A stretch of 64,000 nucleotides of DNA from the human T2T-CHM13v2.0 reference genome, Homo sapiens. The notes beneath the pieces are model-generated. The model had not been told where the DNA came from. It saw nothing but the letters and a program-made list of their open reading frames with translations, and made no database searches. Where the stretch lies: assembly GCF_009914755.1 (NCBI RefSeq), contig NC_060947.1. The stretch is one strand, 5' to 3'. Below, one piece after another: positions 26,433 to 44,326 of the stretch. The position numbers and the translations under genes were made by a program. Position 1 is the first letter of the stretch. Each line of letters opens with the position of its first letter.

Positions 26433-26880
26433 ATGTCTCTTAAGCTTGGTTTCATAGAAGCAGAGCCTTATTTGAAGATTTTTTTAAAATAAATTTTTGA
26501 CAGTGAGAGCTATCAGAGTAATGTGAATGAGAGAAAAAGGATAGGGCAGAGGGAAACAGATAAGGGAGGGTATAATTTCAGACAGTTTGGCTTCAGCTTT
26601 ATGGCACAGTGAGGCTCTGGAGCATGATTAAAACCCACAGAGTTTGTTCTACCTTGAAGCAAGGGCTTTAGATTTTGTGCCTGTGCCAATCACCGGATGT
26701 GATATGCCACTAAGGGGAATTGATGTATATTCTTCTGATTGCAAGGTTCAGATGAAGGCAATTCTTTTGAGTAGGGAGACGCCATGAGCTGTTAGCAGAC
26801 AATACTTAGAGCAGCTAAAGAATGGCTACACAGTCCCAGTAAAGGAGATCTTGTCTGTGTATTCTTAGCATCCGTAACAA
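26433..26880. mobile_element. ERVL LTR (LTR16/LTR33-like)
   Basis: Starts TGTCTCTTAAGCTTGGTTTCATAGAAGCAGAGCC; contains GGCTCTGGAGCATGATT...CACAGAGTTTG; purine-rich island within T-rich L1. Confidence 0.55.
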
Positions 26881-27294
26881 TCCCAATAATGCCCATTACA
26901 TTAAGGTCAATTTTTTGTATAATACTGCTTCATCAGCTTTGTATTAGTATTTCCCCAAAATATCTTTAAGTCATTTGCTTTTAACCTTCCTGCATTCATT
27001 TTTTGAAGTGGCATAGAGCTCCATTTTGATTTTTTACTAATCTGAAATCTGTCCTAACAGGCAAATTAATCTGTTTACATTCATTATGAGTAGCAACATA
27101 CTTTGACTTATTTCCACAGTACTTTGAGTTTACTGTGCTTTTCGAACTTTTTATTCATTTAGTGCTTACTATTAAAATTAAAACATGAAAGCCTGACATA
27201 AAATCTAAAATTAATACCTCTATCCTCCTAAAGAAGGATCATTGACTCTCGTTTTCTGGCCTTGTATTTTAGTTCCAGTATTGCTTGCTTTCAT

Positions 27295-30262
27295 TGAAAT
27301 TTTAATTGAAATTATATTGATAATATTGTATATTTACATGCAGTTCTAAAGAATAAAAAGGTTAAGTTTACTTTCTACTCAGTTTCCCTCATGGCAATAT
27401 CCTGGAAAACTATTGTACAGTATCACAACTGTACTATATATACTGTGTCAATATCACAAGAATAGTGACACTGGTACAGTCAAGATATAAAACATTTCTA
27501 TCATCACAGGATCTCTCTGTCATCCCTTTATAAGCCACCCTAAACTCTTCACCTCATTCCTAGCCCTTGACAACCTCTAACCTGTTCTGTATTTATATAG
27601 TTTTGTTATTTCAAGAATGTTACATGAGGGAACCTTTTAGCATTATATAATATCCTCTGTCATTGTTAACTTTCTTTACTCTGAAGTCTATTTGATATTA
27701 AGGTAGTTACTGCTTTCCTTTGATAAATGCTTGTATAATATGATTTTTCCATCCTTTTAATTTCAAGTTGCTAATATTGATATAGTTGAAGTAAATGTCT
27801 TATAGAGAGCATATTATTTGGTCATTTAAAAATACTCTTTGCTAATTTGTCTTTCATTTGTCATATTTAGAAAACATATTTAATGTAATTATTGATATGT
27901 TAGAACTTGCCTTTCATAATTTTTTTTTGTATTTTCTGTTTGTTCTGTATTTTTAAAATTTATCTGTGTTTATTCTTCCTGGGGATTATTTGAACGCTTT
28001 TTTGCGATTTTATTTTTATTTATCTTTAGTGTTTTTGAGTGCATCTCTTTGTATAGCTTTTTGGTGTTTGCTAATACACATGTATCTTATTATAGTATTA
28101 TAGTCTATTGGTGTCCTTATTTCATCATTTTGAGGAAAGTGTAGAAACCTTACCTCCCTTTAAACCCTTTTACCCTTCCCCTTTTATAACAGTGTTACCT
28201 TAAATATTTCTTCTACCTACATTTAGAACCATATCAGATAGTGTTGTAACTCTTGATTCAACTATAAAACATAATTAGAAAACTCAGGAGAAGAAAAGCC
28301 TATTGTATTCACCCATATTCTAGCTTGCTGAGTTTTTTCTTTTTTCTTGATGTTCCAAGGTTGTTTCATCATTTCCTTATTGTTTACAGAATTTCCTTTA
28401 GCCATTCTTTCAAATTATGCTTGCTGGTAACAAATTCTGAAAATTTGGTTTTATCTGAGAATGTCTTGATTTTCTTTTTTTTTCTGAAGGACATTTTTTT
28501 GCTGGGTATACATTTATGGGGTTGGTGATTATTTCAGCACTTGAAAAATATTTTGGCACTTCTTTCTTTTCTCCATGGTTTCTGGTGAGAAGACTTCTGT
28601 CATTCTAAGTTTGTCCTTCCTGTAGGTAAGTGTTGTTTCACTCTTGCTGCCTTCAATATATTTTTTGTCTTCAGTTTTCAAAATTTTAATTATGATGTAT
28701 CTTGGTGTGTATTTTTTTTTAGTTTATCATGTTTTTGGTTAACTCAGTTTCTTGACTGTGTAAACTTATTTTCTTTGGGAAGTTTTGAAAAGTTTGCAAC
28801 CATTATCTCTTTGAGTAGTCTTCTAGTCCCAACGTTTTTCTCCTTGGAGCCCAGTGACACAAAGTTTACATCTTTTTTTTTTAATAACCCACAGTCTCTG
28901 AGTCTCAGGTTTTTTTTAAATTTTTTTTCAGTCTAGTTTCTCTGTTATTCAGATTGGGTCATTTCTATTGTTCTGTCTTTTAGTTTACCGATTCTTTTAT
29001 CTGTCATCTTCATTCTACTGTTGAGCTCATCCACTGAGCTTTTTATTTTAATCACTATGTTTCTGAATTCTACAATTGCCATTTGGTTCTTCTATATATG
29101 TTCTATTTGTTTGCTGAGACATTCTACTTCTTTGATGAGGCTTTCTAGCTTTCATTTGTGTTAAATGTATTTGTAATTGCTCAATTTTAGTATAATGCTT
29201 TAAAATCTTTCTCAGATAATTCTAACCTCTCTGTCATCTTGGCATTGACATCTACTGTCTTTTTTCATTCAGTTTGAGATCTTCCTGGTTCTTAGTGTAA
29301 TTAGTGATTTTTTTTTCTATTGACTTCTCGACATTTTTATTATTATGTTATGAGACTCTGGGTATTATTTACACCTTCAATTTTTGGCTTTTTATTTCCT
29401 CCGACATTATTGTGGTAGAAGAAGAGAGAATGCCGTCTCATTACTGCCAGATGGAGTAGAAGTCAGGGTTCTGCACTTGACTTCCATTGACACCTGAGTA
29501 TTTGGGGAGTTTCACTCATTCCTGCTGGGTAAGAGTGAACTTTCAGCTCCCCATGTGGTCTTTATTGACCATGATGGGTGTTACCTCATTAACTCTAGGT
29601 GATAGTAAACTCCTGACTCTCCACTAGGCCTTCTCTGACAAAACCCCAGTAGAGAGGGGATGCAGCACCTAATTAATGGTGGGTGGGGAGTAAGCCCAGA
29701 CTCCTCTTGTAATATCCACTGACATTATGGAGGTGGAGTTTGTTACCAGGGACTTTTGTCCCTCCTCTCTACTTAGTTTTCTCTGAAATTATCCAACTGG
29801 GAGTATTTTAGAGCCTTGCTATACCTTTGTGAAGGGGTAGATGTGTAGGCTCCTCACTTGAGCTTTGACATTATAGGTTGAGGTAAGGCTACAATTTCTT
29901 TTTGTGATGTATGAGTGGAATAGAGTGGTTATTGTCTAAAAGTTTTCTGTCTTATTAAATGCCCCTTTTCTGGTCCTTTGGGTTGAGAGAGCAAACTTTT
30001 GTTGAAGTTTATTATTTGTTTTCTTTCTATGCACCAGTTGCCACCTCCTTTAGCTCCAAGTCTGAGATGGGTATATATATCAGCAGGGAACTGACTAATA
30101 TATAATTTCTTGGCTCCAGTGGTCCATAGTTGGTCTGATTTCTTCTCCACATTCTAGAGCTTTTTTTGTGTTTGTCATATATAATATCCAGTATTTTCAG
30201 TTGTGTTTAGCAGGACTGATAGAGAAAATACATCTACTTTATCTCCCTGGAAGTTGAAGTCC
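27295..30262 (-). mobile_element. L1MC/MD-like element: 3' tip joined to 5' ORF1/UTR region
   Basis: 3' tip ATTTACATGCAGTT...CTCAGTTTCCC...GGAAAACTATTGTACAGTATCACAAC; 5' end TACATCTACTTTATCTCCCTGGAAGTTGAAGTC. Confidence 0.6.
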
Positions 30263-30379
30263 CATTTGTTTATAAACTCCCTCAAAGTATTTTACAAGCA
30301 ATGCCAAATAAGCTTTCCTCACATACTTACTTCTTTCTCACCATTGGCTTTTGTATTTCTACTACTTGCAAATTTCAGC

Positions 30380-31600
30380 CTATTTCTCACTGTAGTTTCA
30401 TCTGTAGTCATGCTTTCGGTGAACATTTGTGATTGGTAAACTCCCTCAGTGTTATTCTGAAATGTCTTGTCACATTCACTCTTCAGTACTTATCTGGATA
30501 TAAAATCCTAAGTGAGCGGTTATTTCTTCTTCAGTTATTTGATGATAGATGGCCAGTGTATTCTATTTTGTATTGTTGTTAATGTAAAATCTCAGTATGA
30601 TTGTCATTTTTGGAGGTAACATATCTTTTCTCAGATTACTTTTAATATTTTTCTTTTATTTGATATTTCACAGGTTTTTTTTTTTTACTTTATTTCCATG
30701 TATCAATTGAATTTGATTTATCTTAATTGAATCTTCACTTTTTCAATTTGAGTGCTCTTCTACGAGTTCTGGAAAATCATCCCTGATTTTTACCGTTGCT
30801 TCTCTGTATTATCTAGATTTTTCTTTTGGAATGCTTGCTAGATATGTGTTATACCTTCTCATTCACATTTTATGTATTTTAATCTCTGCTTATAATTTCC
30901 ATCTCAATTCTGCATCAACTCAGTTTTTAATATCAGTGACATTATTTTTGTCTCTAGAACTTCTGCTTGATCCTTGCAATTATTATTATTTTATTTTTTC
31001 CCTATAGTTTCCACTCCTTTGAATATCTTCAATCAGTTTAGTATATTTATTTTTAGCTGTGTAAGTATTGTTCTTCTATCTCGTGATCACTGTTTATTGC
31101 ATTTGCAGAACTAAGTGTAGATTATATATGTGTGGTTTATATTGTGTGTTTATTGTATGAGAGTGTGTATACACTCATTCATGTTCATTATTGAGGCAGT
31201 TTTGTCTTTTATTTTTCCTGTGGAAGTCACTGGAACCCTGTTTTGTGAAGATTTCCCTAGAAAGTATTTTTTTTTTGCATTTGCATATACTTGAGGCACC
31301 AGCAGTTTCACTAACATGAAGCAGTTTTCAACGTTAACTTTACCTCACATTGCTGTATCGAGTGTGTAGAGGGGCAAATTATCATAAACTTAAGGTTTTC
31401 ATTTCTAATAATATACCTTTTTGTTCATTTTCCATGTGGAAAACAGGGCAGAGACATGCTTCCTGAAAGCTTCCTTGAGCCATCAAGCAGAGGTGTTCTT
31501 TTCCTAGTTTTCTATTTCCAGAGTGCAGCTTATAGTTCTGGCTCTATGCAGGGCTGTCAGTTCCTATCTACCTTACACAAGTACAAGGTCATGATTCCTT
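30380..31600 (-). mobile_element. Very old L1ME/HAL1 ORF1-like remnant
   Basis: GGTAAACTCCCTCAGT...CTGAAATGTCTT...CTGGATATAAAATCCTAAGT resembles the antisense ORF1 3' region of old L1s. Confidence 0.5.
30474..30703 (+). repeat. Dispersed direct repeat, copy B (likely donor of 24647-24864)
   Basis: See copy A. Here the segment is colinear with the surrounding old-L1 sequence. Confidence 0.95.
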
Positions 31601-32409
31601 TCCCTTGGTAGCTGTGGGTTAGGATGTAATTATTATTATTAAAATAGTTATATTGTATTCAGCATTTCTATATCCTTAGAGTAGAGTTTGGTGTTAGGTC
31701 ACTTTGCCATATTGATGGAATGAACATATAAATTTCTGAATTGTTTAAAAGGCCTTTGTTCTCATGTATTTCAGGTAACATCAATTCCATGCAGCAGTCT
31801 GAAAGTGTGTTTTAAAGGCTTTTCTACTTGGTTTTAGGGGTCATTACATGTGAAGATGTATTACTTTTACCATTTTCAAAGGAAAATAGAGCTCTTTATG
31901 ACTGAGTCTCAAGCATACAAGCATACAGGTATATGATCAACTACAAAATGTATAAACTGTCTGGTTTTAGGAAATAAATATTGCTAGTACAGGACATGTT
32001 TGACTATGGTGTTTATATTTTTCTACAATGAAAAAATGTCACACAGCATGTGTATTTTTGTTTGCTGAAATAACTTATGATTTGCTTTGAATTCTTTCCT
32101 AAATGTTTATAATTTATTTTCCCTCTGTAGACTTAATTCAGTTAAAATTATACCTGTTAATTTCTGCATTTGTTTGCTTCCACTTAGTGGCCTGGAGATC
32201 TAAAATTATAGGAGTGACATGCTAACCAAAGGGAAAAGTTAGGGAAATCCGAGAAGTGAGCAAATACAATGAGAAATCAGGTAGAATGACCGGGATAGGT
32301 CACAAGCAGAAGAGAAAAGAGACCCATTATGGATAATTAGCTCATCAAAAGATTAGAAATTCCAGCTGAGACAGAACAGAAGCTGCCCCACGCATTTTTA
32401 AAAAATTTT

Positions 32410-32952
32410 TTACGCTTTAATTTTTGTGGGTACAAAGTAATAGAATATGCTTATGGGGAATATGGGATATTTTGATACAAGCATACAATGTATACATGCA
32501 GTGTATAATTACATCAGATAAATGAAATATCCATAACTTCAAGCACTTATCCTTTGTGTTACAAACCATCCAAATATACTTTTTCAGTTGTTTTACAATA
32601 CTCAATTAAATTAGTATTGAATGTAGTCACCCTGTTCTATCAAAACTAGATTGTATTTATTTTTTCTATTTTTTGTACCCATTAACCATCCCCCTCTATC
32701 CACTCCACACCCAATCTCACTACTCTTGCAAGCCTCTGACAACAATCATTCTACACTCTCTCCATTAGTTTAACTGCTTTAATATTTGGTTCCCACAAAT
32801 AAGTGAGAACATGTGAAGCTTGTCTTTCTGTGCCTGCCTTATTTCACTTAACATAATGACCTCCAGTTCCATCCATGCTGTTGCAAATGACGGTATCTCA
32901 TTTTCTTTTACAGAAGAATAGTATTCCGTTGTGTATATGTACTGCATTTTCT
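32410..32952 (-). mobile_element. L1MA2/3 3' end
   Basis: TTTTTGTGGGTACA...TTTTGATACAAGCATACAATG; ORF2 C-terminus (AWMELEVIMLSEI). Confidence 0.8.
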
Positions 32953-32974
32953 CTGTTTTGGAATTTTTGTCAAA

Positions 32975-35848
<2,874 letters not shown>

Positions 35849-35930
35849 ATATTAAAATATCTCATGTACCTTATAAGTACATATAGGTACTATGTACCCA
35901 CAAATATTAAAAATAAATAAGTAAATAAAT
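35849..35930 (+). mobile_element. L1MA1-3 extreme 3' tip with A-rich tail
   Basis: AAAATATCTCATGTACC...ACTATGTACCCACAAATATTAAAAATAAATAA. Confidence 0.75.
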
Positions 35931-36153
35931 CAAAAGCAGTGACAAAGTGGGCATTACCACAAACTCAACAGAAATACAAAAAACCCTCAGAAGTTATTAA
36001 GAATGCCTCTGCACACAAACTAGAAAGCCGAGAAGAAATTTCTGGAAATGCATACCTTGCACGATTGATCCAGGAAGATACTGGAACTCTGAAAAGACCA
36101 ATAATGAGTTTCAAAATTTCATCTGTAATAAAAAGCCTACCAACCAGAAAAAA
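35931..36153 (+). mobile_element. Inverted 5' segment of the L1PA15/16 element
   Basis: Sense ORF2 sequence (CAGAAATACAAAAAACCCTCAG...CCTACCAACCAGAAAAAAGC) lying just upstream, in L1 coordinates, of the minus-strand breakpoint at 35848. Confidence 0.75.
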
Positions 36154-37044
36154 GCAAAGTGAGCATCCTTTTCATGTTCCCAATCTTAGAGGAAAGGCTT
36201 TCAGTTTTTTTTTTTCCATTCTGTAGGATAAAAGCTATGGGTCTCTCATATATGTCTTTTATTGTGTTGAGATATTTTCCTTCTATACCCAGTTTTGTTT
36301 TAAGCGTTTTTATTATGAATGGATGTGGAATTTTAGGAATTTTTTTATCATCAATTGAAATGATCATATAATATTGTCCTTCAAATTGTTTATTTGATGT
36401 AACACATTGATTAATTTGTGTATGTTGAATCATTCTTGCATCCCTGGGATAAATTCCACTTGGTCATGATAAATGGCTATTTTAACGTGTTTTTGAATTC
36501 AGTTTGCTAGTATTTTGTTTAACATTTTTCTATCAATATTCATTGGAGATATTGACCTATATGTTTCTTTAATGCGTTTTTATGATTTTGGAATCAGGGT
36601 AATACTGGCCTTTATTTTTTCAGAATAATTTGAGTAGAATTGATATTAGTTCTTTTCAAAGTTTTTGATAGAATTCAGCAGTGAAACCATTGGGTTCTAG
36701 GCTTTCTTTACTGAGAGACTTTTAATTATGGCTTCTGTCCATTACTTGTTATATTTCCAATCCAAACTCTGTTCAGGTTTTGGATTTCTTTATGTTTCAA
36801 TCTTGGTAGATTGCATGTGTCTAGGAATTTATCAATTCCCTTTAAATTTTCCAATTTGTTGCCATATAGTTGCCCATAGTAGTGACTAATGATCCTTTGA
36901 ATTTCTGTTGTATGTTTCTTTTTCATCTCTGATTTTGTTTATTTTGGTCTTCTCTTTTTTTTTTTTTAATTTATCCTTGCTAAATGTTTGTCAATTTTGT
37001 TTATCTCTTCAAAAAACAACTTTTAAATTATTTCAATTTTATTT
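36154..37044 (-). mobile_element. L1MA ORF2 middle fragment (continues at 44243)
   Basis: Peptides YMIISID..LGIEGKYLNTIK and YGNKLENL..IDKFLDT; colinear with 44243 onward. Confidence 0.8.
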
Positions 37045-37092
37045 TATTTTTTTTTGACTTTCCTTTTTTAAATTTATTTTTTATTTCAATAG

Positions 37093-37434
<342 letters not shown>

Positions 37435-37762
37435 TAGTGTTTGGTTCCATACGTAAATTCTTTAGTGGTGATTTCTGAGATTTTGGTGTACCCATCAGCT
37501 GAGCAGTGTACACTGTATCCAATGTGTAGTCTTTTATCCCTCACCCCCCTCCCACCTTTTCCCCAGAGTCCTCAAAGTCCAATGTATCACTTCTTATGCC
37601 TTCTCATCCTCATAGCTTAACTCCCACTTATGAGTGAGAACCTATGATGTTTGGTTTTCCATTTCTGAGTTATTTCACTTAGCATAATAGTTTCTAATTC
37701 CATTCAGGTTGCTGTGAATGCAATTAATTTGTTCCTTTTTATGGCTGAGTAGTATTTCATAG

Positions 37763-38141
<379 letters not shown>

Positions 38142-38437
38142 TAGTTCCATATTTTTGCAATTGTAAATTGTGCTGCTATAAACATGTGTGTGCAAGTATC
38201 TTTTTTGTATATGACTTCTTTTTTTTTTTCTTATTATACTTTAAGTTTTAGGGTACATGTGCACGACGTGCAGGTTAGTTACATATGTATACATGTGCCA
38301 CCCTGGTGCGCTGCACCCACTAACTCATCATCTAGCATTAAGTATATCTCCCAATGTTATCACTTCCCCCTCCCCCCACCCCACAACAGTCCCCAGTGTG
38401 TGATGTTCCCCTTCCTAAGTCCATGTGATCTCATTGT

Positions 38438-42262
<3,825 letters not shown>

Positions 42263-42325
42263 TATGATGTTAGCTGGTTATTTTGCTCGTTAGTTGATGC
42301 AGTTTCTTCCTAGCCTTGATGGTCT

Positions 42326-43343
42326 TTACATTTTGGCATGATTTTGCAGCGGCTGGTACTGGTTGTTCCTTTCCATGTTTAGTGCTTCCTCCAGGAGCTC
42401 TTTTAGGGCAGGCCTGGTGGTGACAAAATCTCTCAGCATTTGCTTGTTTGTAAAGTATTTTATTTCTCCTTCACTTATGAAGCTTAGTTTGGCTGGATAT
42501 GAAATTCTGGATTGAAAATTCTTTTCTTTAAGAATGTTGAATATTGGCCCCCACTCTCTTCTGGCTTGTAGGGTTTCTGCCGAGAGATCCGCTGTTAGTC
42601 TGATGGGCTTCCCTTTGAGGGTAACCCGACCTTTCTCTCTGGCTGCCCTTAACATTTTTTCCTTCATTTCAACTTTGGTGAATCTGACAATTATGTGTCT
42701 TGGAGTTGCTCTTCTCAAGGAGTATCTTTGTGGTGTTCTCTGTATTTCCTGAATCTGAACGTTGGCCTGCCTTGCTAGACTGGGGAAGTTCTCCTGGATA
42801 ATATCCTGCAGAGTGTTTTCCAACTTGGTTCCATTCTCCCCATCACTTTCAGGTACACCAATCAGACCTAGATTTGGTCTTTTCACATAGTCCCATATTT
42901 CTTGGAGGCTTTGCTCATTTCTTTTTATTCTTTTTTCTCTAAACTTCCCTTCTCGCTTCATTTCATTCATTTCATCTTCCATCGCTGATACCCTTTCTTT
43001 CAGTTGATCGCATCAGCTCCTGAGGCTTCTGAATTCTTCACGTAGTTCTCAAGCCTTGGTTTTCAGCTCCATCAGCTCCTTTAAGCACTTCTCTGTATTG
43101 GTTATTCTAGTTATACATTCTTCTAAATTTTTTTCAAAGTTTTCAACTTCTTTGCCTTTGGTTTGAATGTCCTCCCATAGCTCAGAGTAATTTGATTGTC
43201 TGAAGCCTTCTTCTCTCAGCTCGTCAAAGTTGTTCTCCGTCCAGCTTTGTTCCATTGCTGGTGAGGAACTGTGTTCCTTTGGAGGAGGAGAGGCGCTCTG
43301 CTTTTTAGAGTTTCCAGTTTTTCTGTTCTGTTTTTTTCCCCAT
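42326..43343 (-). pseudogene. L1 ORF1p, disrupted
   Basis: ATG at 43343; span 1018 nt versus 1017 expected (extra A in the run at 43331-43337); CGA>TGA stop near 43049; C-terminal 218 aa intact (...QNHAKM). Confidence 0.95.
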
Positions 43344-44242
43344 CTTTGTGGTTTTATCTACTTTTGGTCTTTGATGATGGTGATGTACAGATGGGTCTGT
43401 GGTGTGGATGTCCTTTCTGTTTGTTAGTTTTCCTTCTAACAGACAGGATCCTCAGCTGCAGGTCTGTTGGAGTACCTGGCCCTGTGAGGTGTCAGGCTGC
43501 CCCTGCTCGAGGGTGCCTCCCAGTTAGGCTGCTTGGGGGTCAGGGGTCAGGGACCCACTTGAGGAGGCAGTCTGCCCGTTCTCAGATCTCCAGCTGTGTG
43601 CTGGGAGAACCACTGCTCTCTTCAAAGCTGTCAGACAGGGACATTTAAGTCTGCAGAGGTTACTGCTGTCTTTTTGTTTGTCTGTGCCCTGCCCCCAGAG
43701 GTGGAGCCTGCAGAGGCAGGCAGGCCTCCTTGAGCTGTGGTGGGCTCCACCCAGTTCGAGCTTCCAGGCTGCTTTGTTTACCTAAGCAAGCCTGGGCAAT
43801 GGCGGGCGCCCCTCCTCCAGCCTCGCTGCCGCCTTGCAGTTTGATCTCAGACTGCTGTGCTAGCAATCAGCGAGACTCCGTGGGCATAGGGCCCTCTGAG
43901 CCTGGTGCAGAATATAATCTCGTGGTGCGCCGTTTTTTAAGCCCGTCGGAAAAGCGCAGTATTCGGGTGGGAGTGACCCGATTTTCCAGGTGCCGTCCAT
44001 CACCCCTTTCTTTGACTAGGAAAGGGAACTCCCTGACCCCTTGCACTTCCCGAGTGAGGCAATGCTTCACTGTGCTTCGGCTCGTGCGCGAGCCACTGTC
44101 CTGCACCCACTGTCTGGCACTCCCTAGTGAGATGAACCAGGTACCTCAGATGGAAATGCAGAAATCACCCGTCTTCTGCATTGCTCACGCTGGGAGATGT
44201 AGACCGGAGCTGTTCCTATTCGGCCATCTTGGCTCCTCCCCC
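43344..44242 (-). promoter_or_regulatory. L1 5'UTR internal sense promoter / antisense promoter; YY1 site at ~44221-44232
   Basis: YY1 core AAGATGGCC near the 5' end; the most CpG-rich stretch of the window. Confidence 0.8.
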
Positions 44243-44326
44243 TCAATTTTATTTATTTATGCTCTTTTCTTTTTTATTTTATTTTCTTCTACTAAATTTG
44301 GTTTTGGTTTACTCTTTCTTTGCTAG
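43799..44326 (+). CDS. L1 ORF0-like antisense ORF, C-terminally extended (175 aa); expression unproven
   Basis: ATG at 43799 in GGCAATGG context. MAGAPPPASLPPCSLISDCCASNQRDSVG...RVGVTRFSRC matches the primate L1 ORF0 N-terminus. Frame open to 44326. Confidence 0.5.
   Translation: MAGAPPPASLPPCSLISDCCASNQRDSVGIGPSEPGAEYNLVVRRFLSPSEKRSIRVGVTRFSRCRPSPLSLTRKGNSLTPCTSRVRQCFTVLRLVREPLSCTHCLALPSEMNQVPQMEMQKSPVFCIAHAGRCRPELFLFGHLGSSPSILFIYALFFFILFSSTKFGFGLLFLC

Larger units (their letters stand above)
24180..27290 (-). mobile_element. Decayed L1ME/MC remnants, including an L1MC-type 3' tip at ~25905-26040
   Basis: T-rich with antisense L1 landmarks (TCATATGTTTATTGATCATTCATATTCCTTCTCTGTGAATTGC; CCAGTATCACACTGTTTTAATTATT). 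Confidence 0.6.

Noticed and set aside
31740-32300. Acceptor-like sites (TTTCAG, CTCTGTAG, CCACTTAG) as coding exons
   Set aside because: No recognisable ORF follows them; cannot be supported from sequence alone.
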